The translations under genes and the position numbers were made by a program. 64,000 nucleotides of DNA, taken from positions 1,544 to 65,543 of the forward strand of contig JBLNBS010000042.1 of NCBI GenBank assembly GCA_050260175.1. The letters run 5' to 3'. This DNA is from Patescibacteria group bacterium (GTDB lineage: Bacteria; Bacillota; UBA4882; JAAYXC01). The notes under the pieces were generated by a model. That model was not told where the DNA came from. It searched no databases and worked only from the letters and a program-made list of their open reading frames with translations. Position 1 is the stretch's first letter. Each line of letters begins with the position of its first letter. Below, one piece after another: positions 9,819 through 20,546 of the stretch.

Positions 9819-11618
9819 CTACTCCTCCAGCCGCAGCACGGCCAGGAAGGCCTCCTGCGGCACCTCCACGAGCCCCACCTGTTTCAACCGCTTCTTGCCT
9901 TCCCGCTGTTTCTCCAGGAGCTTGCGCTTGCGCGTGACGTCGCCGCCGTAGCATTTGGCCAGGACGTCCTTGCGCAGGGGCTTGATGGTCTCGCGGGCGA
10001 TGACCCGGCTGCCTATGGCGGCCTGGATCGGGATCTCGAACAGCTGGCGCGGGATCAGCTCTCGCAGGCGGTTGACGAGCGCCTTGCCGCGGGTGTAGGC
10101 CCTCTCCCGGTGGATGACCGCCGAGAGGGCGTCCACCGGCTTGCCGCCGAGGAGAATGTCCAGCTTGACCAGGTCCGCCTCCTCGTGGCCGGCGTACTCG
10201 TAGTCCAGCGAGGCGTAACCGCGGGTGCGCGACTTGAGCTTGTCGTAAAAATCGACCAGGATCTCGGCCAGGGGGAGCGTATAGGTGAGCATGGCGCGGG
10301 CGGCCGAGAGGTAGGTAAGGTCCTCGAAACGCCCCCGCGCCTCCTGGCACAGCTCCATGATCGGGCCGATGTATTCCGCGGGCGCGATGACGGTCGCCTT
10401 GACCACGGGCTCCTCGATGCGCTCGATACGGCCGGCGTCCGGCATCTCGGCCGGATTGCTCACCTCGATCTGCGAGCCGTCCGTGAGGTGGACGCGGTGG
10501 GAGACCCCGGGCGCGGTAAAGATGAGCTCCAGGCCGTACTCACGTTCCAGCCTTTCCTGGACGATCTCCATGTGCAAGAGGCCCAGGAAACCGCAGCGAA
10601 AGCCGAAACCCAGGGCGGCCGAGGTCTCGGGCTCGAACCGCAGCGCCGCGTCGTTGAGCTGCAGCTTGCCCAGGGAATCGCGCAGCCGCTCGTAGTCGTC
10701 GCTGTCCGAGGGGTAGAGCCCCGCGAAGACCATGGACTGGACGCGCCTGTAGCCCGGCAGGGGCTCGGCGGCGGGCGCGGCCGCGGCCGTGACGGTGTCG
10801 CCCACCCTTGTGTCGCGGACGTCCTTGATGCCCGCGATGAGGTAACCCACTTCGCCCGGACCCAGGGAGGCCGCGGGGGTCATCTCCGGGGTAAAGAAGC
10901 CCAGCTCGTCCAGGTCAAAGTCGCGGCCCGAGGCCATGAGCCTGATCTTCATCCCCCGCCGCAGCTCGCCATCGACCACACGGACGTAAGCGATGACCCC
11001 GCGGTAGGGGTCGTAGTGCGAGTCAAAGATCAGGGCCCGCAGGGGGGCGGCGCGCTCGGCGGGCGGCGGCGGCAGGCGGCGTACCACCGCTTCCAGAACC
11101 TCGGCCGTACCGAAGCCCGTCTTGGCGCTGATCGCGATCGTCCCGCCCGGATCCAGACCGGCGACCTCCTCCAGCTCGCGCATGGTCCCCGCCGGATCCG
11201 CGGCGGGCAGGTCGATCTTGTTGATCACGGGGATGATGCGGAGGTCGTGTTCGAGCGCCAGGTAGAGGTTGGCGATGGTCTGGGCCTCGATGCCCTGCGT
11301 GGCGTCGACCACCAGGAGCGCGCCCTCGCAGGCGGCCAGGGAGCGGCTCACCTCGTAGCTGAAATCGACGTGGCCCGGCGTGTCGATGAGGTTCAGGACA
11401 TAGTCCAGCCCGTCCGCGGCGCGGTAGTTGAGGCGGACGGCGCGCAGCTTGATGGTGATCCCCCGCTCGCGCTCGAGATCCATGGAGTCCAGGACCTGGT
11501 CGGTCATGTCGCGGGGCGAGACGGCTCCGGTGGCCTCGAGCAGGCGATCGGCCAAGGTGGACTTGCCGTGGTCGATATGGGCGATGATGGAAAAATTCCT
11601 GATCCTGGACGGATCCAA
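9819..11618 (-). CDS. lepA: elongation factor 4 (LepA)
   Basis: [23 protein letters not shown]-domain, DTPGHVDF, and a C-terminal LepA-specific domain. TTG start at 11618 with AAGGAGGA RBS is preferred over the upstream in-frame start at 11681. Confidence 0.9.
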   Translation of the reverse strand: MDPSRIRNFSIIAHIDHGKSTLADRLLEATGAVSPRDMTDQVLDSMDLERERGITIKLRAVRLNYRAADGLDYVLNLIDTPGHVDFSYEVSRSLAACEGALLVVDATQGIEAQTIANLYLALEHDLRIIPVINKIDLPAADPAGTMRELEEVAGLDPGGTIAISAKTGFGTAEVLEAVVRRLPPPPAERAAPLRALIFDSHYDPYRGVIAYVRVVDGELRRGMKIRLMASGRDFDLDELGFFTPEMTPAASLGPGEVGYLIAGIKDVRDTRVGDTVTAAAAPAAEPLPGYRRVQSMVFAGLYPSDSDDYERLRDSLGKLQLNDAALRFEPETSAALGFGFRCGFLGLLHMEIVQERLEREYGLELIFTAPGVSHRVHLTDGSQIEVSNPAEMPDAGRIERIEEPVVKATVIAPAEYIGPIMELCQEARGRFEDLTYLSAARAMLTYTLPLAEILVDFYDKLKSRTRGYASLDYEYAGHEEADLVKLDILLGGKPVDALSAVIHRERAYTRGKALVNRLRELIPRQLFEIPIQAAIGSRVIARETIKPLRKDVLAKCYGGDVTRKRKLLEKQREGKKRLKQVGLVEVPQEAFLAVLRLEE

Positions 11619-11693
11619 GGGCGCTCCTCCTTGCCGCGGGGACACAGGTCCAATTATAGCACCGGCGCCGGTACGCGGCAAGGAGGGGTTATT

Positions 11694-13637
11694 TCAGGCG
11701 CGGCGGGCTTTCAGGCAGCCGCAGCCCATGGCGACTTCGGCCACGTGGAGGACGGCTCCCAGGTTCAGCTCGAGCGCCATCCGGCCGGAGAGGAGGGATC
11801 CCGAGCCGGTCCTGGCGATGGCCGCGTCGGGTTGGATCTCGTCCAGCTCCAGTTCGAGCAGGTCCACGATCTCGAGGAGCGAGCGCCGGCCGTCGGCCCA
11901 ATAGGCGAGGCGGAAGAAGACGAGGTCCAACTCGTTCCCGTACAGGGCGGAGAGGAAGGCGCGGGCCTCCGCGGGGGGCAGCCTGATCTCGGGGGGCATG
12001 GTCATGCCCAGCGTGGCGCGGGAGAGGACGAGGGACGAGGCGGCCTCCAGATCGCTCCTCGCGGCGCGGCGGGGTGCCTCGCGAGGAAAGCTCATGCGCC
12101 GGCGCTCGCACCAGGCCTCGACCTGGGCCGCAAGTTCCTCAGCCAGCGCCGCGCACTCGGGCTCCGGCAAACCGAATCGCCGCAGTGAAGCGCAGAGGAT
12201 GCCAAAGCGCAGGTTGAACCAGCGCTTTGTCCGTTCGAGGCCGAAGGGCCAGGAACCCCCGAGCAGCCTCAGCTCCGTCCGGAAAAGCCTCTCCCGGCAG
12301 GCGGCGGCGGCCACGGCAGCCAGGTATCGCGCCTCGCGGGGGCCGGCATCGGCCAGGAAATAGAGGTGGGTGGCGCAGAGATTGCCCACGGCCTCCATCA
12401 CATCCGCGTCGAGCGTATCCGGGCGGTCGGAGGAGGCGTGGTAGTGGCGGGCTGGGTACTGGATGAGGGTCGGCAACGGGATACCGATATTGGGATCGGC
12501 CGTGACCGCGTCATTGATGATCTCGGCCCGGTCCGCCACGGATTTCCAGCGCAGGGCCGGCGAGAGGATTTCGCGGCAGAGGTGTTCCGCCAGGTAGCCG
12601 ACGCAGGACTCGCCCGCGGCCGGCGGCATGAATAGATGCAGGACCGACCTTCCCTCCGCCTGGTTCACGCCGATCTCGTCGATATTGATCCCGCCCAGGA
12701 AGCGCGGGATGCTCTCCCGGTGCGCGTGGACCCAGGCCAGGAGGCCGAATCCCTCCCAGCCCAGCAGGAAACGGATGCCGCGGCGGGGCCGGGGGATCGT
12801 GCCTCCTTCGATGGCGGCGTTGAGGCCGCGCGCGATCTCCAGCGCCAGCCCTGCTCCGGACGCGTTGTCGTTGGCGCCGGGCTCGAAGAGGTGGGAGATG
12901 AGCAAGACCTCCCCCGCGTCGGGATCGGCGCCGGGGATGTGGGCGGTGGCCGATTTCATGACGCCGTCGTAGAGGCGGGTCCTGACCTCCGCCCTCAGGC
13001 GCACCGGCCCCTGTGCCAGCATCTCCCGCAGCATGGCGCCCTGGCGGGGCGTGAGCATAAAGCCCCAGTGCTCGCCGGGATAAGGCTTGAAGGCAAAATT
13101 CTCCCAGCGCACCGCGTCGGGGAGGTCGAAGGCGTCGCGCACGCCGGGCAGCGTGCCGAGGAAATCCGAGACGATGCCCTTGATGCCCAGGGCGCGCATC
13201 TCCGGCAGGACATCCATGATGCGCCGCCGCGTAAAGGGGATCTTGCCCGCCGGCGGGGCGGGCGTCTCCCCGTTCCATTCCACGAGCTCGCCCTCGCAGG
13301 CGCACGACCCGGAGTACATGACGAGGGTTTCGGGCGTGATTGACCAGTCGGCCAGGATCCTGCGCTCGGGGTGTACCATGGCGAGGACGGCCGAATCCAC
13401 GTCCCAGGCCTGCATGGCCCGCCAGCCGGACCAGGCTGTGCGCCCGTCGGCGGGAAAGACCTCGGTACGTGCTTCGGCCAGCCCGGCCCTTGCCAGTTCC
13501 TCCCGGCAGTAGTCGGCGGATTGTTCAAAACGCGGGAAGGTAAAGAAGCGTTCGAGGCGATTGAGCTCCGCCGCCTGCCGCGCGGCGCGCCGTCCATGGA
13601 GCGAACCGGCAAAGCGCGCGAAGAATGACCTCCACAT
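11694..13637 (-). CDS. M28-like (DUF4910-type) aminopeptidase-like domain protein with C-terminal extension
   Basis: ISHLFEPGANDNASGAGLALEIARGL metallopeptidase-like core. Divergently transcribed from the catabolic locus. Confidence 0.5.
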   Translation of the reverse strand: MWRSFFARFAGSLHGRRAARQAAELNRLERFFTFPRFEQSADYCREELARAGLAEARTEVFPADGRTAWSGWRAMQAWDVDSAVLAMVHPERRILADWSITPETLVMYSGSCACEGELVEWNGETPAPPAGKIPFTRRRIMDVLPEMRALGIKGIVSDFLGTLPGVRDAFDLPDAVRWENFAFKPYPGEHWGFMLTPRQGAMLREMLAQGPVRLRAEVRTRLYDGVMKSATAHIPGADPDAGEVLLISHLFEPGANDNASGAGLALEIARGLNAAIEGGTIPRPRRGIRFLLGWEGFGLLAWVHAHRESIPRFLGGINIDEIGVNQAEGRSVLHLFMPPAAGESCVGYLAEHLCREILSPALRWKSVADRAEIINDAVTADPNIGIPLPTLIQYPARHYHASSDRPDTLDADVMEAVGNLCATHLYFLADAGPREARYLAAVAAAACRERLFRTELRLLGGSWPFGLERTKRWFNLRFGILCASLRRFGLPEPECAALAEELAAQVEAWCERRRMSFPREAPRRAARSDLEAASSLVLSRATLGMTMPPEIRLPPAEARAFLSALYGNELDLVFFRLAYWADGRRSLLEIVDLLELELDEIQPDAAIARTGSGSLLSGRMALELNLGAVLHVAEVAMGCGCLKARRA

Positions 13638-14020
13638 CCGGACGTCCCCCTTTCCCTTCGATTATCAATCTCGGATGGCCGCGGAGCAAGGGTTCCTCTT
13701 CCGCCCCTGGGCCGTCCCGCGTCCCATTGGCGGCAAATACGGGGCATGTGCGGAGGTGGATGCAGCGAGAGGGCGGTTATTTAACTTTCTCCCAGAATGA
13801 AAGAAATAGACCCTTGTCCTGGCGGGCAAATGGACACACGCTGATTTACCAGGGAAAATAAGTTCGAACAGGCAGGAATCGTCCTTTGAGGCCAGAACAT
13901 GTTTGATAATCGTTGCAGAGCGTGAAGTTCTCTTCCAATTATTTCAACCAGATAGAAAGAAAAAGGTACCATCCCCTGTACGGCTTGGCATGGCGAAAAC
14001 TCCCGGGGAGGTCTTGGCAA

Positions 14021-15391
14021 GTGGCCTGGGCACGGAAGGATACCTGGCGCAAGGAAGCCGCACTCGTCGAGCAGGTTCTCGAGGCGGCACCGCCCATAGA
14101 CCGCCATCTCCGCATCGGGAGGGAGGAATTCGAGGCGCGCCGGCGCAAGGTCGTCGCGGCGCTGGCCCGGCGGGGGCTGGACGCGGGCGTGGTGTATTGC
14201 GACGCGCATTACAACGGCGACGTGCCCTACCTCGGCGGCAACACCAACATCACCATCGAACCCGTGGCCGGTGTGGTCGGTCCCGGTGGATTCCACATCC
14301 TGGCCGGCCTCGAGGGCGGCTACGTGGTCGAGCAGCTTGCCAAGAGGTCCGGCGCGATCGTGCACAAGGTCGAGATGCTCAAACTCGCGGACGAGAACTA
14401 TCCCATCGAGGCTGAGCGGGTGGAGGACGTCATCGCCGCGGCGGCCGGCGGGCGCCCGTCGCGCATTGGCCTTCTTACCCCGCGGCAGGTGCTGCCGGCC
14501 AGTTTCTATCAGTTCCTGGCCGGCTATACGGGCTCTCCGGACGGCGCCGGGGTCATCGACGTCCAGGAGGATTACTACCGTATCAAATACCTCAAGTCAG
14601 ACGCGGAGATGCGCCTCATCGGCGAGGCCAGCAAGATCGCTGACGTGATGATCCGGGCCATGCTGGCGGTGCTCAAACCCGACATGCTCGAGACGGAGGT
14701 CGCCGCCTGGGGGTGTCTCGTGGCCAAGGAACTGGGCGCGGAGGAGATGGGCTGGGATGTGATGGTCACGGCCAACACGGCCAACCGCACCCTGATCGGC
14801 AAGGCGCTCAACCGGCCCATCAACCGGGGCGACATGGTGCATATCGGCGTCGCGCCCAAGTGCGACGGCCTCAATTCCTGCGAGCGCGTCTCCGTGGCCG
14901 CGGTGGCCGATCCCGCGGAGGTCACGCCCGCGCAGCGTTACTGGTTGGATTTCGTGGGCCGGGCCTTCGAGGCGGGCCTCGCGGCCTACCGCCGGGTGGC
15001 GGCCGAAAATCTCCCCGCCAGGCTGCAGGAGCAGGCACTGGTGGACTACTTTGCCGCCAGATCGGCCGAGGTCTCGGCCCGTGTGGGCCGCCCGGTGGAC
15101 ATGACCAGGCAAAAGCCGTATACGGGCACGCACAACGGCGGCTACACCGAGTGCCAGGAGTTCTACGGCGCCATCACGCTCGATTCGGAGGAGCCGCTCG
15201 GCGGGCAGATCGTCACCATGCTCGACGTGGCCGTGCGCGGGGTGGGCGACAGTTTTGACGACGTGATCATCCCGGATCTGGACTACGTCGTGGTCGAAAA
15301 GACCCTGGGCAAATACGGCCCCAGGGTGGAGGTGCTCAACAAGCTACCCGTGGACGTGCAGCACCTGGTGGGGCACGCCGGCGGGGTGTGA
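14021..15391 (+). CDS. creatinase/prolidase-like M24 family peptidase (paralog 1)
   Basis: Creatinase_N-like plus M24 'pita-bread' domains. About 65% identical to the paralog at 26056..27411. GTG at 14021 (RBS GGGGAGG) aligns with the N-terminus of paralog 2; ORF track gives 13913. Confidence 0.65.
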   Translation: MAWARKDTWRKEAALVEQVLEAAPPIDRHLRIGREEFEARRRKVVAALARRGLDAGVVYCDAHYNGDVPYLGGNTNITIEPVAGVVGPGGFHILAGLEGGYVVEQLAKRSGAIVHKVEMLKLADENYPIEAERVEDVIAAAAGGRPSRIGLLTPRQVLPASFYQFLAGYTGSPDGAGVIDVQEDYYRIKYLKSDAEMRLIGEASKIADVMIRAMLAVLKPDMLETEVAAWGCLVAKELGAEEMGWDVMVTANTANRTLIGKALNRPINRGDMVHIGVAPKCDGLNSCERVSVAAVADPAEVTPAQRYWLDFVGRAFEAGLAAYRRVAAENLPARLQEQALVDYFAARSAEVSARVGRPVDMTRQKPYTGTHNGGYTECQEFYGAITLDSEEPLGGQIVTMLDVAVRGVGDSFDDVIIPDLDYVVVEKTLGKYGPRVEVLNKLPVDVQHLVGHAGGV

Positions 15392-15410
15392 CGCAAAGGG
15401 GGATTTCATC

Positions 15411-16130
15411 ATGGGTGACGAGGCAAGGATTACCGTCCTGGCGCTGGGGGCGCATCCCGACGACCTGGAGTTCATGGCCGGCGGGACCCTGGCCAATTTC
15501 GCCCGGGCGGGCCACCGGGTGGTGATGGCCACGGCCACCAACGGGAACCAGGGGCACATGGTGATCATGCCGCCGGAACTGGCCGCGATCCGCCGCGAGG
15601 AGGCAGCCAGGGGCGCGGCGGTCATCGGCGCTGCTTACGAGGGGCTGGGGATCGACGACGAGTTCCTCACGGACTCTCTGGAGGACCGGATGAAGGTCAT
15701 CGAGCTTTTCCGGCGGGTACAGCCGGATCTCGTCATCACCAATCCGCCCGATGATTACCATCCCGATCACCGCGCCTGTTTCCAGCTCGTCTTCGACGCC
15801 AGCTTCGTGGCCACCGTGCCGCACATCAGCGATTCCCCGCGCCTCAAGGCCGTGCCGCAGATCTATACCATGACGCCGGTGGGCGGGATCGACGCCCAGC
15901 CGGAGTTCTACATCGACATCACCGAGACGATCGGGATCAAGCTGGAGGCCCTGGGCAAGCACGAGAGCCAGGTCGTCTGGCTCAAGGAGCACGACAATTT
16001 CGATCTGGTGGCGACCGCCCGGGCCGAGGCGGCCCATACCGGTTTCAAATGCGGCGTGGCCTATGCCGAGGGCTTCAGGCGCGTGCATCGCTATCCCGGC
16101 ATTAGGGCGCAGAGGCTCCTGCCTTACTAG
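15411..16130 (+). CDS. PIG-L (LmbE-like) family N-acetylglucosaminyl deacetylase
   Basis: LALGAHPDDLEF and PDDYHPDH zinc-binding signature motifs. Confidence 0.8.
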   Translation: MGDEARITVLALGAHPDDLEFMAGGTLANFARAGHRVVMATATNGNQGHMVIMPPELAAIRREEAARGAAVIGAAYEGLGIDDEFLTDSLEDRMKVIELFRRVQPDLVITNPPDDYHPDHRACFQLVFDASFVATVPHISDSPRLKAVPQIYTMTPVGGIDAQPEFYIDITETIGIKLEALGKHESQVVWLKEHDNFDLVATARAEAAHTGFKCGVAYAEGFRRVHRYPGIRAQRLLPY

Positions 16131-16280
16131 ATTCCACAGGCTTGACGCGGAAGGGGGTGGGCGGAGGGCCCGGAGCCTGTATCGGTCTTTGCGGTACGGC
16201 ACGGCGCGGAAATGCACGAAAGCGGTCTTTCTGGCTTGAGCTTCGCCTTCAGGGATGAATTTCGAAAGGTGGGCGAGATT

Positions 16281-17615
16281 GTGAAGGGGAAACGGCTGAT
16301 CGGTCTCTTGCTCGTGGCTTCGGTGCTGTTGGCCACCTGGACGTGCACCACGGCGCTGGCGGCCAAGAGGGAGCTCGAGGTGGCTATCTTCGAGTGCGCT
16401 TACGGCATGGATTTTCTCAAGACCCTGGCCGCCGGGTATGAGAAGGAACATCCCGACGTCAAGGTCAACGCCTGGGGCAATCCCCGGGTCTGGGAGCAGC
16501 TGCGGCCGCGGTTCATCGAGGGGAATCCGCCCGATCTGATGATCCCGGGCTGGGGCTTTTCCACCTGGCCGGCCATTGCCGAAAACCAGATCCTGGCCCT
16601 GGACGAGGCCCTGGCGGGCAAGTCATACGACAAGAAGAGCGTGTGGAAGAACACCCTGCAGCAGTTGGAGAGCTTCCAATACAAGGGCAAGACCTACGGC
16701 GTGCCCTATTTCCTCGACGTCTTCGGCTGGTGGTACAACGAGGCTCTTTTCAAACAAAAAGGCTGGAAGGTGCCGAAGACCTGGGACGAGCTCTGGAAAC
16801 TCTGCGACAAGATGAAGAGCGCCGGCATCGCGCCCTTTGCCACCTGCGGCCTGACGCCCGACTACATCGTCTACTGGCGCTGGGGTGTCTTTGAATACTA
16901 CGTGCAGCGGCTCGGCGGTATCAAGGTGCTGGAGGACGCCCTGAACATGGTGCCCGGCGCCTGGAAGCACGAGGCCATCCTCAAGGCGGCCGATATCGCA
17001 CAAAAGGTCAACCGCGACGGCTACTTCCTCCAGGGTACGCTCGGGCTCTCCCACACCGACTCCCAGGTCATGTTCTTTACCGGCAAGGCGGCCATGATCC
17101 CGGTCGGTTCCTGGGTGCAGGTCGAGAGCCAGGATGTCATCCCCAAGGACTTCAAGCTCCGCTTCATGGTTCCGCCGGCGATCAAGGGCGGCAAGGGCGA
17201 CCAGACCGCCATCCACGTACAGAGCAACACCTCGGCCTCCTGGTTCGTGCCGGCCAAGGCCAAGAATCCAGACTTGGCCATCGATTTCCTCAAGTACGCG
17301 ACGAGCCTCAAGAATGCCATGCAGAGCACCAAGCTCGGCGCTTCAGCCGTGGCCGTGAACGGGGCCTTCAAGGCGGTCACCGCCGCGAGCGTCCTCTCCT
17401 CCTGGAACGCGGTGGCCAAGGCCAAGACCACTTTCAACAGCAGGGTCTGGGAGACCAGGTACCCGCCGTTCGACAAGGACTACAACATCGCTATCTACGA
17501 CCTCGTCACCATGAAGAAGACGCCGCAGCAGTTCGCCGCGTATATGGAGGAAGCGGCCGAGAAGATCAGGCAGGACAAGAACACCGTCTGGTTCCCGGTC
17601 AAGCTCTCCAAGTAA
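16281..17615 (+). CDS. ABC transporter extracellular solute-binding protein (family 1, carbohydrate-type)
   Basis: GTG start with RBS GAAAGGTGG. Signal/lipobox-like N-terminus LLVASVLLATWTCTTALA. SBP_bac_1-like composition. Confidence 0.75.
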   Translation: MKGKRLIGLLLVASVLLATWTCTTALAAKRELEVAIFECAYGMDFLKTLAAGYEKEHPDVKVNAWGNPRVWEQLRPRFIEGNPPDLMIPGWGFSTWPAIAENQILALDEALAGKSYDKKSVWKNTLQQLESFQYKGKTYGVPYFLDVFGWWYNEALFKQKGWKVPKTWDELWKLCDKMKSAGIAPFATCGLTPDYIVYWRWGVFEYYVQRLGGIKVLEDALNMVPGAWKHEAILKAADIAQKVNRDGYFLQGTLGLSHTDSQVMFFTGKAAMIPVGSWVQVESQDVIPKDFKLRFMVPPAIKGGKGDQTAIHVQSNTSASWFVPAKAKNPDLAIDFLKYATSLKNAMQSTKLGASAVAVNGAFKAVTAASVLSSWNAVAKAKTTFNSRVWETRYPPFDKDYNIAIYDLVTMKKTPQQFAAYMEEAAEKIRQDKNTVWFPVKLSK

Positions 17616-17700
17616 GCCGATGATTTCCAGCGGGCGGGGGTGGGAATCCACCCCGCCCGCCGCCGGCCCGCCATAGCCTGTCTAAAAGGTGGGATAGCGT

Positions 17701-18774
17701 TTGACTCCGCGCGAAAGGTTGCGCGCCACCCTGGACTTTTCGACCCCCGATCGGATACCCTGGACGCTCGATATCGGGGGTATTGGCGGTTTCTCCCCCA
17801 TGCTCCTCGAGAGGTTCAGGCGCGAGACCGGCATCGAGGATCCAGCCGCCCACTTCGATTACGATTACAGGCAGATCGGTACGGTCTACCGGCCGCTGGC
17901 CCTCGATCGCGAGCGCTACCTGCCGGACCTGCCCCCCGAGGGCAGCATCAACGAGTGGGGCATAGGGATCGTGCCCTGGCCGGACAATCCCGGTTTTACC
18001 CAGGTGGTGCATCCCTTCCGGCGCTTCGAGGATCCGGCGGAGGTGGACGCCTTTCCCAGGTCCGAGGTGGATCTCGACGCCATGCGGCACGCCGCCGCCG
18101 CCGTACATGCGGCGGGGCGCTTGGCCGTCGCCCACTCCGGCAGCATCTACGAGCTGGCCCGCTGGTACCGTTCGATGGAGGAATTCCTGGTCGACCTGGC
18201 GATCCGCCCGGAGATGGCAAACCGCATCCTGGACATGTGCGCGGAGCTGACCCTGGGGATCAGCCTGGCCCTGGCCGCGGCGGGCGTGGATATCCTGGCC
18301 TTTTACGACGATTTTGGCATGCAGACCGGGTTGCAGATCAGCCCGGTGATGTGGCGGGCATACGTCAAGCCGCGTTGGGCCGCTGTTTTGGGAGCCATCA
18401 GAAGCGCATACCCGGGGGCCCTCTTCTTTCTCCATACCTGCGGCAGGATCGAGGAGATCGTGGACGACCTCGTCGAGCTGGGTTTTGACCTCCTCCATCC
18501 CCTGCAGCCCGAATGCAACGACCTCGAGGCAGTCGCCGCGCGGGTGAGGGGCAGGTTGACGGTCTGGGGCACCATCAGCAACCAGAGGACGCTGCCTTTT
18601 GGGAGTAGAGACGATCTGCGCCGGGAGATCGAGCAGCGGATCGCGCTGTTCGGCCGCCGGGGCGGGCTCGTCCTCTCGCCGTCGAACATCATGGGACCCG
18701 AGATCCCGGTGGCCAACGTGCTCGCCCTGGCGGAATTGTGCGCGGAGTTGTGCGGTAGCGGGAGTGGAGGTTGA
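17701..18774 (+). CDS. uroporphyrinogen decarboxylase (URO-D/MtaA) family protein
   Basis: N-terminal ERLRATLDFSTPDRIPW (URO-D family start) and TIM-barrel length. Paralogous to 28458..29597. Confidence 0.75.
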   Translation: MTPRERLRATLDFSTPDRIPWTLDIGGIGGFSPMLLERFRRETGIEDPAAHFDYDYRQIGTVYRPLALDRERYLPDLPPEGSINEWGIGIVPWPDNPGFTQVVHPFRRFEDPAEVDAFPRSEVDLDAMRHAAAAVHAAGRLAVAHSGSIYELARWYRSMEEFLVDLAIRPEMANRILDMCAELTLGISLALAAAGVDILAFYDDFGMQTGLQISPVMWRAYVKPRWAAVLGAIRSAYPGALFFLHTCGRIEEIVDDLVELGFDLLHPLQPECNDLEAVAARVRGRLTVWGTISNQRTLPFGSRDDLRREIEQRIALFGRRGGLVLSPSNIMGPEIPVANVLALAELCAELCGSGSGG

Positions 18775-18780
18775 TCCGTC

Positions 18781-19671
18781 TTGGGCGTGGTTGCGAACGA
18801 GCGAAGAAAACTGATCCTGGCCTTCCTGGCGCCAGCCACGGCGCTCTATCTTCTTTTAGTGGTCTATCCCGTGCTGCGCGCCTTCCAGTACAGCCTCTTT
18901 TTCTGGCGCGGGATCTCGGCCAACATGCGCTTTGTCGGCCTGGAGAACTTTGCGCGCATCATCACGCGCGACAGGGACTTTTGGGGCTGCCTGGGCAACA
19001 ACGCCCAGTACATGCTCATCACGTGCCTGGTCATCCTCCCCCTGAGCCTGCTCATCGCCGTGCTGCTCGCCAAGAAAGGCAGGGGATCGCGCGTCTATCC
19101 CGTGATCTTTTTCGGCCCTAATGTCCTTTCCCTGGCCACCGTAGCCATCCTCTGGATGTTCATCTATAATCCCATCCTCGGGCTCCTCAACGGTTTCCTC
19201 AGGCTGATCGGCCTTGGTTCCTGGGCGTACACGTGGCTCGTCGACCCGATCAAGGCCCTGCCCGCCATCTCGGTTGCCGAGATCTGGCGCCTGACCGGTT
19301 TTTACATGCTCCTCTTCCTGGCCGGCATCAAGAACATCCCCGCGGATCTGTACGAATCGGCACGCATCGACGGGGCTTCGGAGATCAAACAGTTCTTTCA
19401 CATCACCCTTCCCATGCTGACGGAGATGATCCAGATCGCCACCGTCTTTCTCGTCATCAACGGCCTGAACGTCTTCGTGCTGCCTCAGATCATGACAGAC
19501 GGCGGACCGGGCAGGCATACCCAGACGGCCGCGCTCTACATGTACGAGCAGGCCTTCAAGAACTCCAACTTCGGCTACGCTTCGGCCATGGGATTGATTA
19601 TGTTCGCCATCGTCATGCTGGCCTCGGTCATTTCTCTGCGGCTCACGAGGAGGGACTCGATTGAATACTAG
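18781..19671 (+). CDS. ABC transporter permease (MalF/UgpA-like)
   Basis: Six TM helices and the EAA-loop region IDGASEIKQFFHITLPM. Confidence 0.8.
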   Translation: MGVVANERRKLILAFLAPATALYLLLVVYPVLRAFQYSLFFWRGISANMRFVGLENFARIITRDRDFWGCLGNNAQYMLITCLVILPLSLLIAVLLAKKGRGSRVYPVIFFGPNVLSLATVAILWMFIYNPILGLLNGFLRLIGLGSWAYTWLVDPIKALPAISVAEIWRLTGFYMLLFLAGIKNIPADLYESARIDGASEIKQFFHITLPMLTEMIQIATVFLVINGLNVFVLPQIMTDGGPGRHTQTAALYMYEQAFKNSNFGYASAMGLIMFAIVMLASVISLRLTRRDSIEY

Positions 19672-20533
19672 AACGGCGGCGGCCAAGAAACACGGGCTTC
19701 GCCCCGGGCGGCTCCTGCCCGGCCTGTTGAAACACCTCTTCCTCGCGGGCTACGCGGTGGTTGTGATCTATCCTGTGCTCTGGGTCATCACGAGCTCGCT
19801 CAAGGACACCCTGGAGATCTTTGCCAGCCCGTGGAAACTCCCGACCATGCTGCGTTTTGAGAACTACGCGCGGGCCTGGATCGAGGCCCAGCTCGGCCGC
19901 TACTTCCTGAACAGCATCTTCGTGACCGTCATCACCCTGCTCTTCGTGACCTACATCGGCGCCATGGCCGCTTATGTCATCGCCCGCATCCCCTTTTGGG
20001 GGCAAAAGTTCTTTTATTACTTCTTCACCTCGGGCCTGGTTTTCACGGTCTTCCTGGTGCTGGTGCCGCTTTTCATCCTCCTGAAGGATCTCAGGATGTT
20101 AGACACTTACTACGGCTTGATCTCAGCCTACGTGGCCTACAGCCTGGCCTTCACCATCTTTGTGCTCGTCGGCTTTTTTCGCACCGTGCCGGGCGAGATG
20201 GCGGAGGCCGCACGGGTCGACGGCTGTTCGGAGTTCGCCATCTTTTGGCGCGTGATGCTGCCGATCGCCAGGTCGGGCCTGATCACGGCCACGATCTTCA
20301 ACGCCTTGGGCATCTGGAACGAGTTCATCCTGGCCATGATCATCATCGCCCGCAACGAGCTGCGCACCCTGCCCATCGGCCTTGCGGCCATGCTCAACCG
20401 CAACCAGTACCGGACCGATTGGCCGGCCCTCTTTGCCGGCCTGGTGATCGTCATCGTTCCCACGTTCATGGCCTACGCGTTCTTTCAGCGGCAGCTGACG
20501 GAGAACGTCACTGCCGGGGCGATCAAGGGATAA
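19661..20533 (+). CDS. ABC transporter permease (MalG/UgpE-like)
   Basis: EAA motif region EAARVDGCSEFAIFWRVMLPI. Overlaps the previous permease gene. Confidence 0.8.
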   Translation: MNTRTAAAKKHGLRPGRLLPGLLKHLFLAGYAVVVIYPVLWVITSSLKDTLEIFASPWKLPTMLRFENYARAWIEAQLGRYFLNSIFVTVITLLFVTYIGAMAAYVIARIPFWGQKFFYYFFTSGLVFTVFLVLVPLFILLKDLRMLDTYYGLISAYVAYSLAFTIFVLVGFFRTVPGEMAEAARVDGCSEFAIFWRVMLPIARSGLITATIFNALGIWNEFILAMIIIARNELRTLPIGLAAMLNRNQYRTDWPALFAGLVIVIVPTFMAYAFFQRQLTENVTAGAIKG

Positions 20534-20546
20534 GGAGCGAGGGCGC

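Noticed and set aside
9273-12188. 971-aa plus-strand ORF, and many other long ORFs such as 9325..10350, 23057..25063, 29750..31144, 36080..37090, 15336..16451, 20523..21482, 50502..51683, 44230..45812, 40736..41878, 60913..61764 and 62253..63053
   Set aside because: All lie antisense to, or out of frame with, strongly supported genes (lepA, ROK/PIG-L, SBP, prs, mod/res, etc.). Their translations are Arg/Gly/Pro/Ala-rich low-complexity. This is the standard stop-codon-poor shadow-ORF artefact of ~70% GC DNA.
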